This document shows, piece by piece, positions 21,553 through 33,527 of a DNA stretch of 64,000 nucleotides. Source of the DNA: Basidiobolus meristosporus CBS 931.73. Taxonomy: Eukaryota > Fungi > Basidiobolomycota. Under the pieces are notes generated by a model. The model made no database searches and was not told where the DNA came from. It saw only the letters and a program-made list of their open reading frames with translations. Position numbers and translations under genes: made by a program. How positions within the stretch are numbered: the first letter of the stretch is position 1; the number at the start of each line of letters is the position of its first letter. The stretch is taken from positions 1 through 64,000 of the forward strand of contig MCFE01000289.1 of the NCBI GenBank assembly GCA_002104905.1, written 5' to 3'.

Positions 21553-23237
21553 ATGGCTTTTGAAACCATCACTCGACATGTGGATGAATCTTTAACCAAC
21601 GAGAATTGGTTCACTCTCAACAAATTGATCAAAGCAGATCTCATCGCACTGTGCCAGGAAAGAGGTATTCCCCTATTTGCTCAGTTCATTCCCGCAAAAT
21701 GTATCTCATTCGTTCGAAGACTTATTGACCGAGGGTTCAAAAGAGTCCTTGATATTATCACTGATGGAATGGGTATATATAAATGTGTAGTAGCACTGAA
21801 ATCCCCGACAAATCCTAACTGCTTCATACAGAAACTTGGGGTTAAGCCCAGCCCCGCCCCCACCACTCCGCGACTGTATAACATTGACACCAACTCCAGC
21901 TCCGACCAGAAAGACCTCACCTCAGTCTACAATGCTATTTTACTTGAAGATGGCTCGTGGGATTCTATAGGAGAGATACCATTTGAGAAGTTGAAATACG
22001 GGAAGAAGCTTGGCACTGGCGGGTTCAAGGACTGTTTTTCGGGAACATATAACAACGTAAGCACAGATGATAAGACTGTGATTCCCCATCCTAATAGACA
22101 TTGGTTGAATTTCTTTAGGACCCAGTTGCTATTGGAGAATTGAGAATTTCTACTGATTTCAGCCCTGAAGACTTGGCTGATATCAAACATGAGATTAGTG
22201 TTTTGAAGTAAGAATAGCATTTTTTATGGGGATTTTATCGACCTGCGACTTACATTATAATCCAGACAACTACGACATGAGAACTGTGGTCAGATTTATA
22301 GGCGTGTGTACAGACGTAAAGCATTTGTGTATTATCACAGAATTGTGTGAAAATGGAGACTTGTTTGACTTCATGAGAAAATCCAAGAAGCCTCTCTTCA
22401 GTCAACAGGTAGGGATGATTTCGGGATTCCTTTCTTATGGATAAGTGAACTGACGATAATAGTTGATGTATATGCATGATATTGCTTTTGGAGTGACGTA
22501 CCTTCACACTCGGCGCCCCAGTATCATACATCGAGTAAGTGATAATTCATGAATAGGTACAGAATATCGACTAACCTGTCTTGTAGGATTTGAAATCCAT
22601 GAATATCTTGGTACGCATATCGGCACACAAACTTTGGTGCGCAGTTCTTTAACAAGTCTATTGTAGGTCAGTGCCGACTACAGAGCTAAAATCAATGATT
22701 TTGGGTTGGCACGTATACGACCTCGCTTAAACACTACTGTGCATACTCAGTGTGGCACTCCAAATTGGCAAGGTATGTAAAATGCAGATGATCGTGTGAA
22801 GGAATAGCAAGATTGACACTTCCCATCGTTGTGTAGCACCAGAATTTTGGACAGCAAACCCGAGTTACACCGAGAAGGTACCTGGAATCCATGTAGATAC
22901 TATAGGATAATCTAACCTGTGTCTACACTAGGTTGATGTTTATGCTTGTGGCCTGATCTTTTGGGAAATTCTCCAGTGGGGAGAAGAGCCATATCCATAT
23001 CATGATCTCACAGAACACCAATTGTACATTCAGGGTATAGTAGGTCGACCCTATCCTCGGAAACAATCACTAATGTTTTCTGCAGTTAGAGACAAGGGCC
23101 TTCGGCCATCTCTAACAAAGTTGAAGAAATACCCCCAGCCGTTGTTAGATCTAATTCAACAGATGTGGTCTCACGAACCGGCACAGAGGCCTTCGATGAG
23201 CCATGTTCTAGAGTCATTACAGGAGTATTTGTCCTAG
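21553..23237 (+). CDS. SAP-domain tyrosine-kinase-like (TKL) protein kinase, about 10 introns; apparent +1 frameshift at about 22285
   Basis: Spliced reading gives SAP-like LNKLIKADLIALCQERDLLTEGSKESLILSLMEW and kinase motifs GTGGFKDCF, VAIGELR, ELCENGDL, HRDLKSMNIL, DFGLAR, GTPNWQAPE, DVYACGLIFWE, RPS. Confidence 0.88.
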
Positions 23238-23445
23238 GTCTACGATTTCAGTTGAACTGGATTGCTTTCACATTTACATTCACATATAGCGATAAATACA
23301 TAGATGGATACGGTTAATTGGAAAATCAAAAGCACATTATTATTTATTTCATTAGTTGATAAGGATGGTATGATACAAATCTATGATATATATATATTCA
23401 AAGAGGATCAGATAGTTCATCTTGATATGGTAGGTACAATGGTGG

Positions 23446-23847
23446 TCAACGACAGACCAGAGAAAATGAATCGTGATTGGATTCAGTAGAATGCTTGGAG
23501 GCTGGATATAAACAAAGCTTGTAGTGCGAGCTAGCATTCATCAAGAGTGTATCGATATTAGGATAGGTACGGCCTCTGATGGAGGAGATGCTTCGAAAGT
23601 GTTTCTGAACTTGCTCCTCGTTCGCCAGGCCCTCTGGAACACTTAAATGTGAAACGGTGAATCCTTCTTGTGATACCTCTATGGTGACTTCGGAGCCTTC
23701 CATGACGCATAGTTTAAAGATGCACCAGGGGGTAGCGCCATCGACTGCATAGTTCATAACCAACACCTCTAAGGTTTCCTCTTGAATCCCAAATCGGATG
23801 GAGCGTAGCAAGCCAACCAAATCCTCAGGAGCTCTCCCAGATTTCAT
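23446..23847 (-). CDS. GSKIP/DUF727-like small protein
   Basis: Pattern (K)LCVMEGSEVTIEVSQEGFTV...YPNIDTLLMNASSHY resembles the GSK3-beta interaction protein domain. Proper ATG. C-terminus uncertain. Confidence 0.5.
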   Translation of the reverse strand: MKSGRAPEDLVGLLRSIRFGIQEETLEVLVMNYAVDGATPWCIFKLCVMEGSEVTIEVSQEGFTVSHLSVPEGLANEEQVQKHFRSISSIRGRTYPNIDTLLMNASSHYKLCLYPASKHSTESNHDSFSLVCR

Positions 23848-24400
23848 TGAAGTGATGGTGACAATATAGATAATTGTTGTGTTGTGTTGTGTTGTGTGGT
23901 CTAGTATTCGTGAGCAAGTGGCTTCTTATATAGCACCGGCATGCACTGAGTCACTCGTATTGGCCAATTACCAGGTATCGGTTCGCTCAAAATGGAACTC
24001 CATGCGGGATTACTGAAAATTCCAAATGAACCTAGAGTTCGAAAGTACCATCACTATGGCAGCCATTGACCATTCTAAATGGAAAGATGAATTAGGAATT
24101 AATCCCAGTTCATCCAACATCTCCCGATAAACCTATCATCACTCAGAGGAATCCTATTTTCCCCACATATCCCCAGTCTAGACTATGCAACAAGGCCATG
24201 TTTCATCATGTTGCATAACATAATCTAAGCCTAAACTGTTCGGAATCCCCTCGTACAGTACTACGGCATACTCGATCTGACCATCACACCCCAACGTACC
24301 ACAGAGCAAAATCAGTTTTAAGGTATATTGGATGACAATGTTATTGATTTGGACGTTTGAAAAAAATGAAAGAACAGTCCAACTCTACTCAAAAGAAACG

Positions 24401-27400
24401 CTACGATTCCTTCATCTCCTCCTCCACTCTCTTGTAGATCTTCTTGGGAGTCTTGGCAAGTCGTTTGTAGGAAGCTCCCTTGCGCAATCGCCACGCATGT
24501 TGAATCCACTGAACCAAGTGGGGGAAGAGATGCTTTTCGGCCAAAATACATAGCAAGAAATTCACTGATGCAATAAATAAGAGGTTGATTCGGTAGGTGA
24601 AGGGCAAATTAATCAACTCAAGAATGTCCGCTATCAACTTGTTTGGATATAAAACAATATACACAGAGAAAAAGAGCAATCCGAAGATGGTAATCACAAA
24701 AGGTCCTAAACAGAGGGCAACAATGTAAGCCTCGCGATGGAATCATAACTCGAAAGAGGGAAACCACTTACGGTTGCTAAACATAGATCGGCGGTAGGGT
24801 GGCCCAACGTTGAATACAATCGCAGTCAGGATGTATTGGAAACAGGAGATCAAGAACAGACTTGTGTTTTCATAGTTTGATATGTTCTTCTCTGACGGCA
24901 TCTCAGTAGGAGGAATATACCTATTGAAAAGAGTTACTTAACATGACGCTGAATGCAGTGACCTGGTGATGACTGACCATGGCTTGGTTTGAACCAAATT
25001 GTATACACTCGTTTGAACCAAGGCGTGAATAACGATATGCCCGATAAGTGAGGTGACCACTTTCTTGGATACCAAGTTGGCAGTAGGACGCTTGCGATGA
25101 ATCTTGGGATAAGCCTCGGTCCTGGCCATGAAGACGGCGATCGGCAGAATAACGAACAGATCTATGAACAGGAATTGGAAATCTCCTAATGTGGAATCGA
25201 ATCCGTAGAGCAGGCCAACACTAGTGAACTGGATTAAACTGTATAACGCCATGTACTTGAAACAGCCAAAACTAGTTACAAGGGCCGCTCTTCCCTCTCT
25301 GATCACTTGTAAAACACATGTGATATCCGTTGACCGACTGGTGAAAGGCGCTGCCACGGACGCTTCGGCTTCCGAAAGGGAGAGCCCGACGTCAGCTGCT
25401 TTCAGCGCACCACAGTCATTCGCGCCATCCCCACAGAACCCAACACAATAATTGATATCTTGCAGCTTTTCGACCAACTCCTGCTTCTCGTCCGGGGACA
25501 TTCTGGCATAGATTTGGCCTTTGATAAGCATACGCTGGAAGGTTTCCGGTGGAGCATAATCCACCATCCAGCGAAACACGTCACCAGTTATAGCCAATGC
25601 GTAGTTTTCACCCAGCGAGGACACATACGGCGCTGAGTCGGAAAAGCTTCGGTGCTCAATCGGTTTGAGTGTCACTGCGTCCAGAAGATGGTGTCGGCGA
25701 TCCACATTTTCCCATGTGATGATGGAACGAGGCGTGCTAGAGGAACCTTGAGTAAAACGGGGGACGTAAACCTCTGCCTCGGGGTGGACCAGCCCGCACT
25801 CCTTGGACACGCTGATCGCGGTCAAAACATTGTCGCCGGTACACATGATTTGACGAATGGAGGCATTGGCAAGTGTGCTAATCACTGACGCGGTAGTAGG
25901 CTTCAACTTGTTCTCAAAGATAATAAACCCAATAAACTGCAGCTCCGATTCAACCTGCTCACGTTTGATCTTCTGCGCCTTAAGCCAGTTCAAAGAGGAG
26001 AGTGATTTCGCAGCACAGGCAATCACACGGTACCCGTGATGAGTGTATTGCTCAAGGACATCGTGGTAGTCTTGAGGCAACGACTCGGGCTTACAGATAT
26101 CGATCATCACCTCAGGCGCCCCTTTCACAAAAACCTCCATTGAAGAACTGCCAAGACGCTTGACTATCACACTCATACGGCGCAGGGAGGAAACAAACTC
26201 GAAGCAACGGATGACGCCCAGCTCAAGGAAACCGCCCGCAGCCTCATTGCTGTTGCCGGTTAACATCGCATCCAAATCGAACCCTTTGCCGCCGGGTGGT
26301 CGAACGACTGTAGGAACCAAGCCAGTAGCAGCGCCAGATTTCATCTTCTTGGAGGGCAATCTAAGAGGCGCAGGCGTTCCGCCCTCTTCCAATATCCATT
26401 GAGTAAACTCAAACATCTTCAAATCAAGAGGATCGCCCATCAGCTCTCCATCGATGAGCTTGAGGGAGTGGCAAGTGGTCATCGCGTGCAAAATGGGCAT
26501 ATCACTGTGGCTGCTGTTGGAAGCCTCCAAACTATCCATGCTCTTGTACAAATCCGAAAACTGTATCGTTTGATGATCGACTAGTTGGACACCAAGCACA
26601 TCCAAGCCGTCTTCGGTCAAGGTTCCCGTCTTATCAAAGCACATCGCATTGATTTTACCGCAAACGTTCACTCTGGTGGGGCTGATACAGAAAATCCCAC
26701 ATTTGCGCAGTCTGGAGATCGCAAACGTAGTTCCCACTGACATTGTAGCGGGCAATGCCGGCGGGACAACAATCGTGATAAGGTCAAGCGCGCGAACGAG
26801 AATCTTCTCCCAAGGAACCTGCGTTCGCGAGTCAGTACACACATTGGTGAACACCAAGAACATGGATGCACTTACCCCTAACTTGATGAAGTTTACAACG
26901 CTGATCATGAATCCAACCACCGCTAAATACAAGCAAGTCAGCCTCTGTAGAGAACACCGACAACAATGAACTCGTTACCAATGCATCCTAGCACGCCGAT
27001 GAATCGGAAGGAATCCCGGTAAAAGGCAAATTTATTGGGCTTTGGGAAGAGCATGGAGCGAACGAGTGCACCCTTCGTGGTGTTAAACCCAGTTCTGACC
27101 ACCAAACCAATAGCCTTGCCTGACACACTGGATTCGTCTTCATTTGCATTGGCGCTCTGCATCCCTGGTCTCACACGTATAATCCTAGTCCCAGAAAACA
27201 AGAAGTGCTTGGCAAGGTTCGGGTGGATGTTGGACACCGATAAGTCCATATCAACCAGCGCAGCATTCACCACCGGGATTTTGGAGACCGGGATACTTTC
27301 CCCTAGTACAACAGCGTACAATTAGCCTCTAGGATTACCAGTGAACACAATCACAGCCACGTACCTGTGAGCATGCTTTCGTTTACTATACAATCTCCGC

Positions 27401-29146
27401 TTAGCAGTAGCCCGTCACAGGGGAAATTTGCGAAATATTCGGTGTTGATGTCAAATACATCCCCGGGAACTAGATCATCAGAGGAAACCGTTTTCCCTGC
27501 GCATTCCCAGAGAGGTTAGTTGTGGTGGATGTTGCGAGAGTTAGTAGAGTATACTCACAGTTCCCGCCTCTATAGACTTTGACATCGCATATGAATCGGG
27601 ACATTTCGCTCATTCTATGTGTGTTCTGTTGATGATGGTAAGTATCTCCAAGACTGGGGCGTGTGAAAGGAAAATTACCCTGCGAGTTTCCACCAAGGTT
27701 GTGATGATTGAGGAGGCGGAGATGACAAAGATACACACGGCATAGTAGTAGTAATCGTCGAGCATCCACAAGGTTATACTGAAGATTTGGAACACATAGA
27801 AAGGATGCAAAACCTAATATGGCGGTAAGCATCCGGACAACGTGAGCTGCCATGCTGAGCACATACCTCATCGGTCAAGAGTTGAGCGATGCTTTTCTCC
27901 TTGATTTGGATCAAGTTGTCGCCGAAAACTAGCTTACGCTCGTTCAACACGTCTCGCGTCAACCCACTTCTGCATTTGACAGGATTTGCCCACGAACTAT
28001 CCTTCCAATGACTAGAAACACCCCAGCTTAGTAAAGATTTAGAGAAGATTTGGCCGTGCTCTGTACCTGTTCTGAACGAACTTCTTCAAAAGGGGATGGA
28101 ATATGAAACGGATGTATTTGTACTCGAAATAGTTCAGTTGTGGCAGACTCTTCTCGGCGACCTGGAGCAGACATGTTAGGGGCGAGGTGGGTAGGATCAT
28201 CCAGATATGCGATGGAGCGTTACCTCGGGACTACATATGAACACACTGCCGAGAGTGCCGCCATAATACCTGCGATATATTTTCTCTATGTTGATGTCGC
28301 CCCATTCGTTCTGCCGTGAAATTTGGGTTAGAGCCTGGCTTTTCCACCTGACCGTGAATCACGCGCACAAACCTCAACTACCAGCCACTCCGCTGAATCA
28401 AGAGCGCAGGTTTCTGCCGTTAAGTAGATCCAGAGACGAGGAATCCAGCGACCCACGAGAGCAATCACTCCCAAAGAAAGAATGCATAGACCGTAGTAAA
28501 CATAGCACCAAAGCTTGAGCGATCGATACCCGATCAAAACAAACCGCACATCCTCTTCCTCCAGGTAAATCTCTTGTTCATGAGGAAGGCGCAAGACACT
28601 TTCTGGGTAAGAGGCCCTACTTCCACCCCTAGACTCGACTGGAAGAGAAACTGGCTGAATGGTGCTGCGGACCTCCACGGAAGAGGTTTCGGAGAGATCG
28701 TCAGAGAGCTCCTCCTCCGAGTCAGAGGAGTCTTCATTCCGACGGTCCCCCTCCTCGTCACTGTCCGCGTTGTCTCCTCCCCGTCGATGGAAGCTTGAGG
28801 AAAAGCTCAGTGGCAAGGTAGGCTCGGCTTTCCCGGCCAGTAGGGAGAAAGAGTTTGTCGTGCGAGTGATGGAGGGGGAAGGGGAAGGGGACAGGCTGGA
28901 AACCTTTGAGCTCATAAGGGGGGTGTGTGAATTTCTACGGCCTCGTGGTCTTGAGGCGTAGATTTCGATCGGGGTCATGAGACTTAAAGAGGAGCCCTGC
29001 AGCTCAGGGCCATTGTCATGGCGGGATTTTCTGTGAGAATTGATTGGGATCCCACCCTCTTCAAAGTCCTGAGAGCGTCCTTCCTGATATGAATCGTTCA
29101 GCCGCTGGTACTCAAGGTCCCGCTCAGAAGCGTTCGGTGTTCCCAT
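24401..29146 (-). CDS. YPK9: P5B-type ATPase (ATP13A/Ypk9 family, polyamine/cation transporter), multi-exon
   Basis: PPALP (P5B TM4), DKTGTLT phosphorylation site, [50 protein letters not shown] (A-domain), N-terminal P5 extension. Confidence 0.93.
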
Positions 29147-29611
29147 GACATTAACCAACAATTAAGTAGTGCTCACGCAAAATATACTTGCTACAAAAGG
29201 GAAATGTATTCGCAAGGTGGATTTCTATCTGGCAAGCGTGGCTATCAACTCCAAGGAGAGTTATCAAGAATGGAACCCAAAATTCAACGATTTTATGAAA
29301 CTGACGCATCACCATAACTGGACCTTGAGTCAAAAAGGAAATAAAACTCAAATGGATCAAATAGATCGAATTCATGAAGTTCTCTATGCCAAATTAGTGG
29401 GATGACATATGGACGATGCCCAAAATGCGAGCTTGCCGATGGCGTCATTCTTAGGTCAACGCCCTACTTGTGTGCATAGTCTCTGTTTCAGTCTTTAAAC
29501 AAACTTTATTCGGAAAGTGCTCATTCCACAGCAATGGTTGCTTGAATCAAAAGTAAAGAGAGAATGGGAGAAACACCATGTATTGACAGCGAATGAAAGT
29601 GAATGAAGAAA

Positions 29612-30093
29612 TTAACGGTAGGATTTCTGGTATCTGGCACGAGCACCAGGTCCTCCGAACTTCTTGGGCTCACAGCGTCTAGGATCGGCGACAAGGAGGG
29701 TTCTGTCGTAGGCGACGAGCTTCTCCTTGATTTCCTTCTTGGATGCCTCATCAACGAACTTTTGATAATAAGCGACGATGGCCTTGGCGATAGCTTGACG
29801 GATGGCATAGATTTGGGAAGTGTGACCACCACCACGAACGCGGACGCGGATATCGACGTTGGCGAACTTGTCCTCACCGAGGATGAGGATGGGCTCGTAG
29901 ACCTTGAATTTGAGGATTTCGGGCTCGACAAGCTCGATGGGGGAACCGTTGATACGGATCATACCCTTTCCGCTCTTGCAGAAGGCAACGGCGGTGGCGG
30001 TTTTCTAGAACCAGGTTGTTAGTTGGATGGGTGGTATGGTTGACTGTCAACCAGGATGATTACCTTGCGACCAAAGGTTTGTACAGCTTCCAT
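29612..30093 (-). CDS. RPS16: 40S ribosomal protein S16 (uS9), one intron
   Basis: [10 protein letters not shown]|KTATAVALCK...[17 protein letters not shown]...[24 protein letters not shown]. Confidence 0.98.
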
Positions 30094-30285
30094 GATTCAA
30101 GGCTACACGGGGGAATGTGGGTTAGGGCGAGTGGTGAGGACGCGGGAAGGCGATGGATGGATACCTTATCAAAAAACTTTGGCTGACCGAGTTTAGAAGA
30201 GAAGGAGGGAACTCTAGACGAGCGAGTCTTTTGTGAGTCTCTCTGCGCAAATCAGCATTAAGAAAAAATTTCCTTCCATCTACGC

Positions 30286-30299
30286 TTAGGGTTAGGTTT
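30286..30299 (-). promoter_or_regulatory. Telo-box-like element AAACCTAACCCTAA upstream of RPS16
   Basis: Tandem telomere-type repeat about 190 bp upstream of the ATG. A second CCCTAACCC at 30119-30127. Function inferred. Confidence 0.45.
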
Positions 30300-30969
30300 G
30301 TTTTTTGCTTTAACTGGGTTTAAGTCGGGATTTAATTCATGCTTGCTAATCAAGATGCAGCCCTCATTTTAATCACGTAGTTAAAGCGAATCAGTTTGAG
30401 TGGTTGAGCGGTTTCAACGGTACAGACAGTAGGGCAACGGCTGGGCATTGGCCTGATTCGGTAGGAAATGAAGTATAGCGACCATTTCTGCCCTGCTCCG
30501 AGCAAGCTGCCCAGATGTCCTACCGTCACCATTATCAAGTTAAGATGAGAGGAATTGGAGTTGGGATTCGCTGCAAGGATCAACAGGTCCGACCAATCAC
30601 TTCACCTCAATATCCAGTACTTGAAGGCATACTGAATGGCCAAACAACTCAATGTCACGCCCATTGCCCAGATCCGCACTAAGGAAAAGAATCGAAGTGC
30701 TAGGAAGAGGCGCAGAAAGTTCCATTCCGATCATATCTTGTATTTAGCACCCCTTGACAGACAATTCGATACTTCATGTAACAACCAGTGTTGATGTTGG
30801 GGTTTTGAATCTTCTGTTAAAATGGATTCATTTCGAGTCGAACGAGGGATGGGATGGAATACAGAGGAGAGACATTGACCAAAAGGTAACATAGACACAT
30901 ATTAAAAGCAACGAAGACTTGGTAGAAAAGCACATGTGGTAGGGGGTGATGTAAGTGAACAATATCTAG

Positions 30970-33127
30970 TTAGGGCCAACGTTTTCTGATTTCAAGGATG
31001 ATCTACCGGCACGCATCATCTCGTCAACAAGGAGCAAGTTGCTGGCGATAACGGAGCTACGATTCGAAGAGGCTTGGTGAGATTGAGGCTGAATTGTACA
31101 TTGGCGAATGGGACTTACCATGAGTGAAGTTGGTGACGAAGAACGCGGTAGTTATCCCAGATGCCTTCAGTAACGGGGTCAAGAGCATCACCAGGTCTTA
31201 AGGTCAATGCCCACCACGTGGCCATCGGCGTGCTCATCTTGCAACATGACCATGACATCTTGGGGATCGAATCCTCCGTTGCGAGCAAGAGTTTTGGGAA
31301 TGATCAGGAGGGAGTCGGCAAAGGCCTGGACGCCCATCTTGGCTCTTCCCTTGACAGTATCCTTGAACTTCATCAAGTGGGAGCTAAGGGCAACTTGGAA
31401 GGCACCAGCGCCAGGAATGACACTGTTGTCTTCGATGGCGTTCTTGACAGCACGAAGTCCGTCACGAACGGCATCATTGATTTGAGCAATGCTGTGCTGA
31501 TTGGGACCTACGAGTTACAACGGCCTTGTTAGAGATTTGGGGCAAGCAAGTGAGGTCGAACGAGACATACCCTTGATAAGAACGGTAACAGACTTGGGGT
31601 CCTTGACCTCTTCAACGAAGGTGTATTTCTCTTCACCCAAGGTGTGCTCGTAGATCAAACCAGCATAGCCGAGGATATCGGGGGTGAGTCCGTCAACAGA
31701 GTTGGTAGCAGTACCGCCACAGATAAGTTGAAGTCTAAATGGGTGTTTGAGTACGTCGTGGCGAGAAAGGGGCGCATGGTCGCAGGGACTTTACCTCTCC
31801 ATGTTACGTCTCTTGGCTCTGCGAAGGGCCATGATGCCATTCTTGGCGAGAACATCGAGGGAAAGGGGATCGATACCCTTTTGGTTGATGATCACAAAGC
31901 CCTTCTTGTTGCCCTCGCAAACGGTGTTCTTCAACTCGACGATCTTCTTCAGCTTCTCATCGACGAACTTGCGCTCCGACTCGACAAGCTTCTCGCGTTG
32001 TTCGGCAGAGTTGTAGAAGAAACCGGAGTTGATCTCACTATCAAATATAGGCACCCGGTTAGAATTTGGGGATGGGAATGCTCAAGTATGCTGGTTCCTA
32101 CGTCTTCTCGTATTCCAAGGAAACATTCAAAATCAAGATGTGGGCGTCCTCGACTCTCTTGGGCATATCAGGGTGTCTGGCTCCGTGATCAAGTACGAGA
32201 CCGCGAACCAGCTGACTGTCATTCTCAATACGATGTTGCATCTTCATGATTTCGACCATATGCAAGTCAATGGGTTGGTCATCTCTGTGGATGGCCATGA
32301 CAGCATCGACAACGGCCTCGGTAAGAGTGTCGGCAACGTTCTGTTGGAGCTTGGTTCTGAGGGAGGTTCTAGCAACAGAGACGAGGAGCTCTCTGTCAAT
32401 TTGAGGCTTGTACTTGAACTCATCCAAGAACTGGGTGAATTGAGCCATGGGTTAGGGCCTGGGTGTCGGGAGTGGCAGGGTAAAACCAAAGTGCGTACCT
32501 TCAAGGCTTCTTTCTTGGCAAGTTCGAAACCATCGGTGATGACACGGGGATGGAGGCCTTCGGAGATGTATCTTTCAGCCTGTTTCAAAAGCTCACCGAC
32601 AAGGAGAACAACGGAGGTGGTACCGTCGCCAGCAATATCATCTTGAGCAGTAGCAGCACGAGCAATCATGACAGCAGTGGGGTTTTGAATTTGCTACGAC
32701 CTAAGTTAGAGGGGCACAGGTGTTGTGTGTGAAGTTGGACCATGTAAATACCATTTCGCTCAAAAGGACCTTGCCATCTTTGGTCAGCTTGATGTTGCCG
32801 GAGCCATCAACCAGCCTGCAAGGAAGACGCATCGGGCGGTTAGTTGTTTGTCTGAGGAGCATGGGGTGCGATGTAGAAGATAGGTCGATATAGATGCGAT
32901 GGGCTTACATTTTGATGGTGCCCTTGGGACCAAGGTTAGACTTCAAAACATCTTGAAGGCCCATGGCACCGGTGATGTTGATTTGAAGAGCCTGTCCTCT
33001 TCTGAGGACCTCAGATTGGGGATTGATTAGTTCGATAGCAGAAGCCCTAGTGATGAAGCCGATTAGTATTACGAAATATCGGGGGAGATGGCCTCTAGCT
33101 AATCGGCAGGTTTGTTGAAACTCACAT
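30970..33127 (-). CDS. CCT6: T-complex protein 1 subunit zeta (chaperonin CCT6), multi-exon
   Basis: AT|[25 protein letters not shown]...[58 protein letters not shown]-terminal [15 protein letters not shown]. Confidence 0.96.
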
Positions 33128-33527
33128 ATTAATGTATCACTGTGTACTGTAGAGCTAGACAATAAAAACACAAGTAAGGGAACAATAGCTCGCAGTGTAC
33201 GTATTGTCTGGGAAGCCGAAGAGACACAAAGGCACCGCCTTAGAGAAAATTTGAGTTTTTTTTTCTCAACCCCCTTGGGATTCTCGGATTCTTGGTAGAA
33301 TATGATGGAAACAAATCAATCATATGTCATTGCCGAGGAGTATTGGAGTATTTGTTTTTCTTGTTTATTTCCTTCGAAAACAATTAGATTTTCCTGCGCT
33401 CGATACGGATCCGGCGGCCACGGGTTAGGGCCGAATTGTGACCGTCCTTATGATGGAAATTTTTTGACTATCCTGGCAGTTTCCTTCATTTGAGGCTGTG
33501 CGGTTTGTCACAGCGTATTGTTCCCTC

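Noticed and set aside
23876-23898. (GTTGT)n and (AC)n (about 35247) microsatellites
   Set aside because: Ordinary short simple repeats.
32449-32457. GGGTTAGGG/CCCTAAC motifs inside introns (CCT6, transporter)
   Set aside because: Explained by the CTAAC branch-point consensus, so not counted as telo-boxes.
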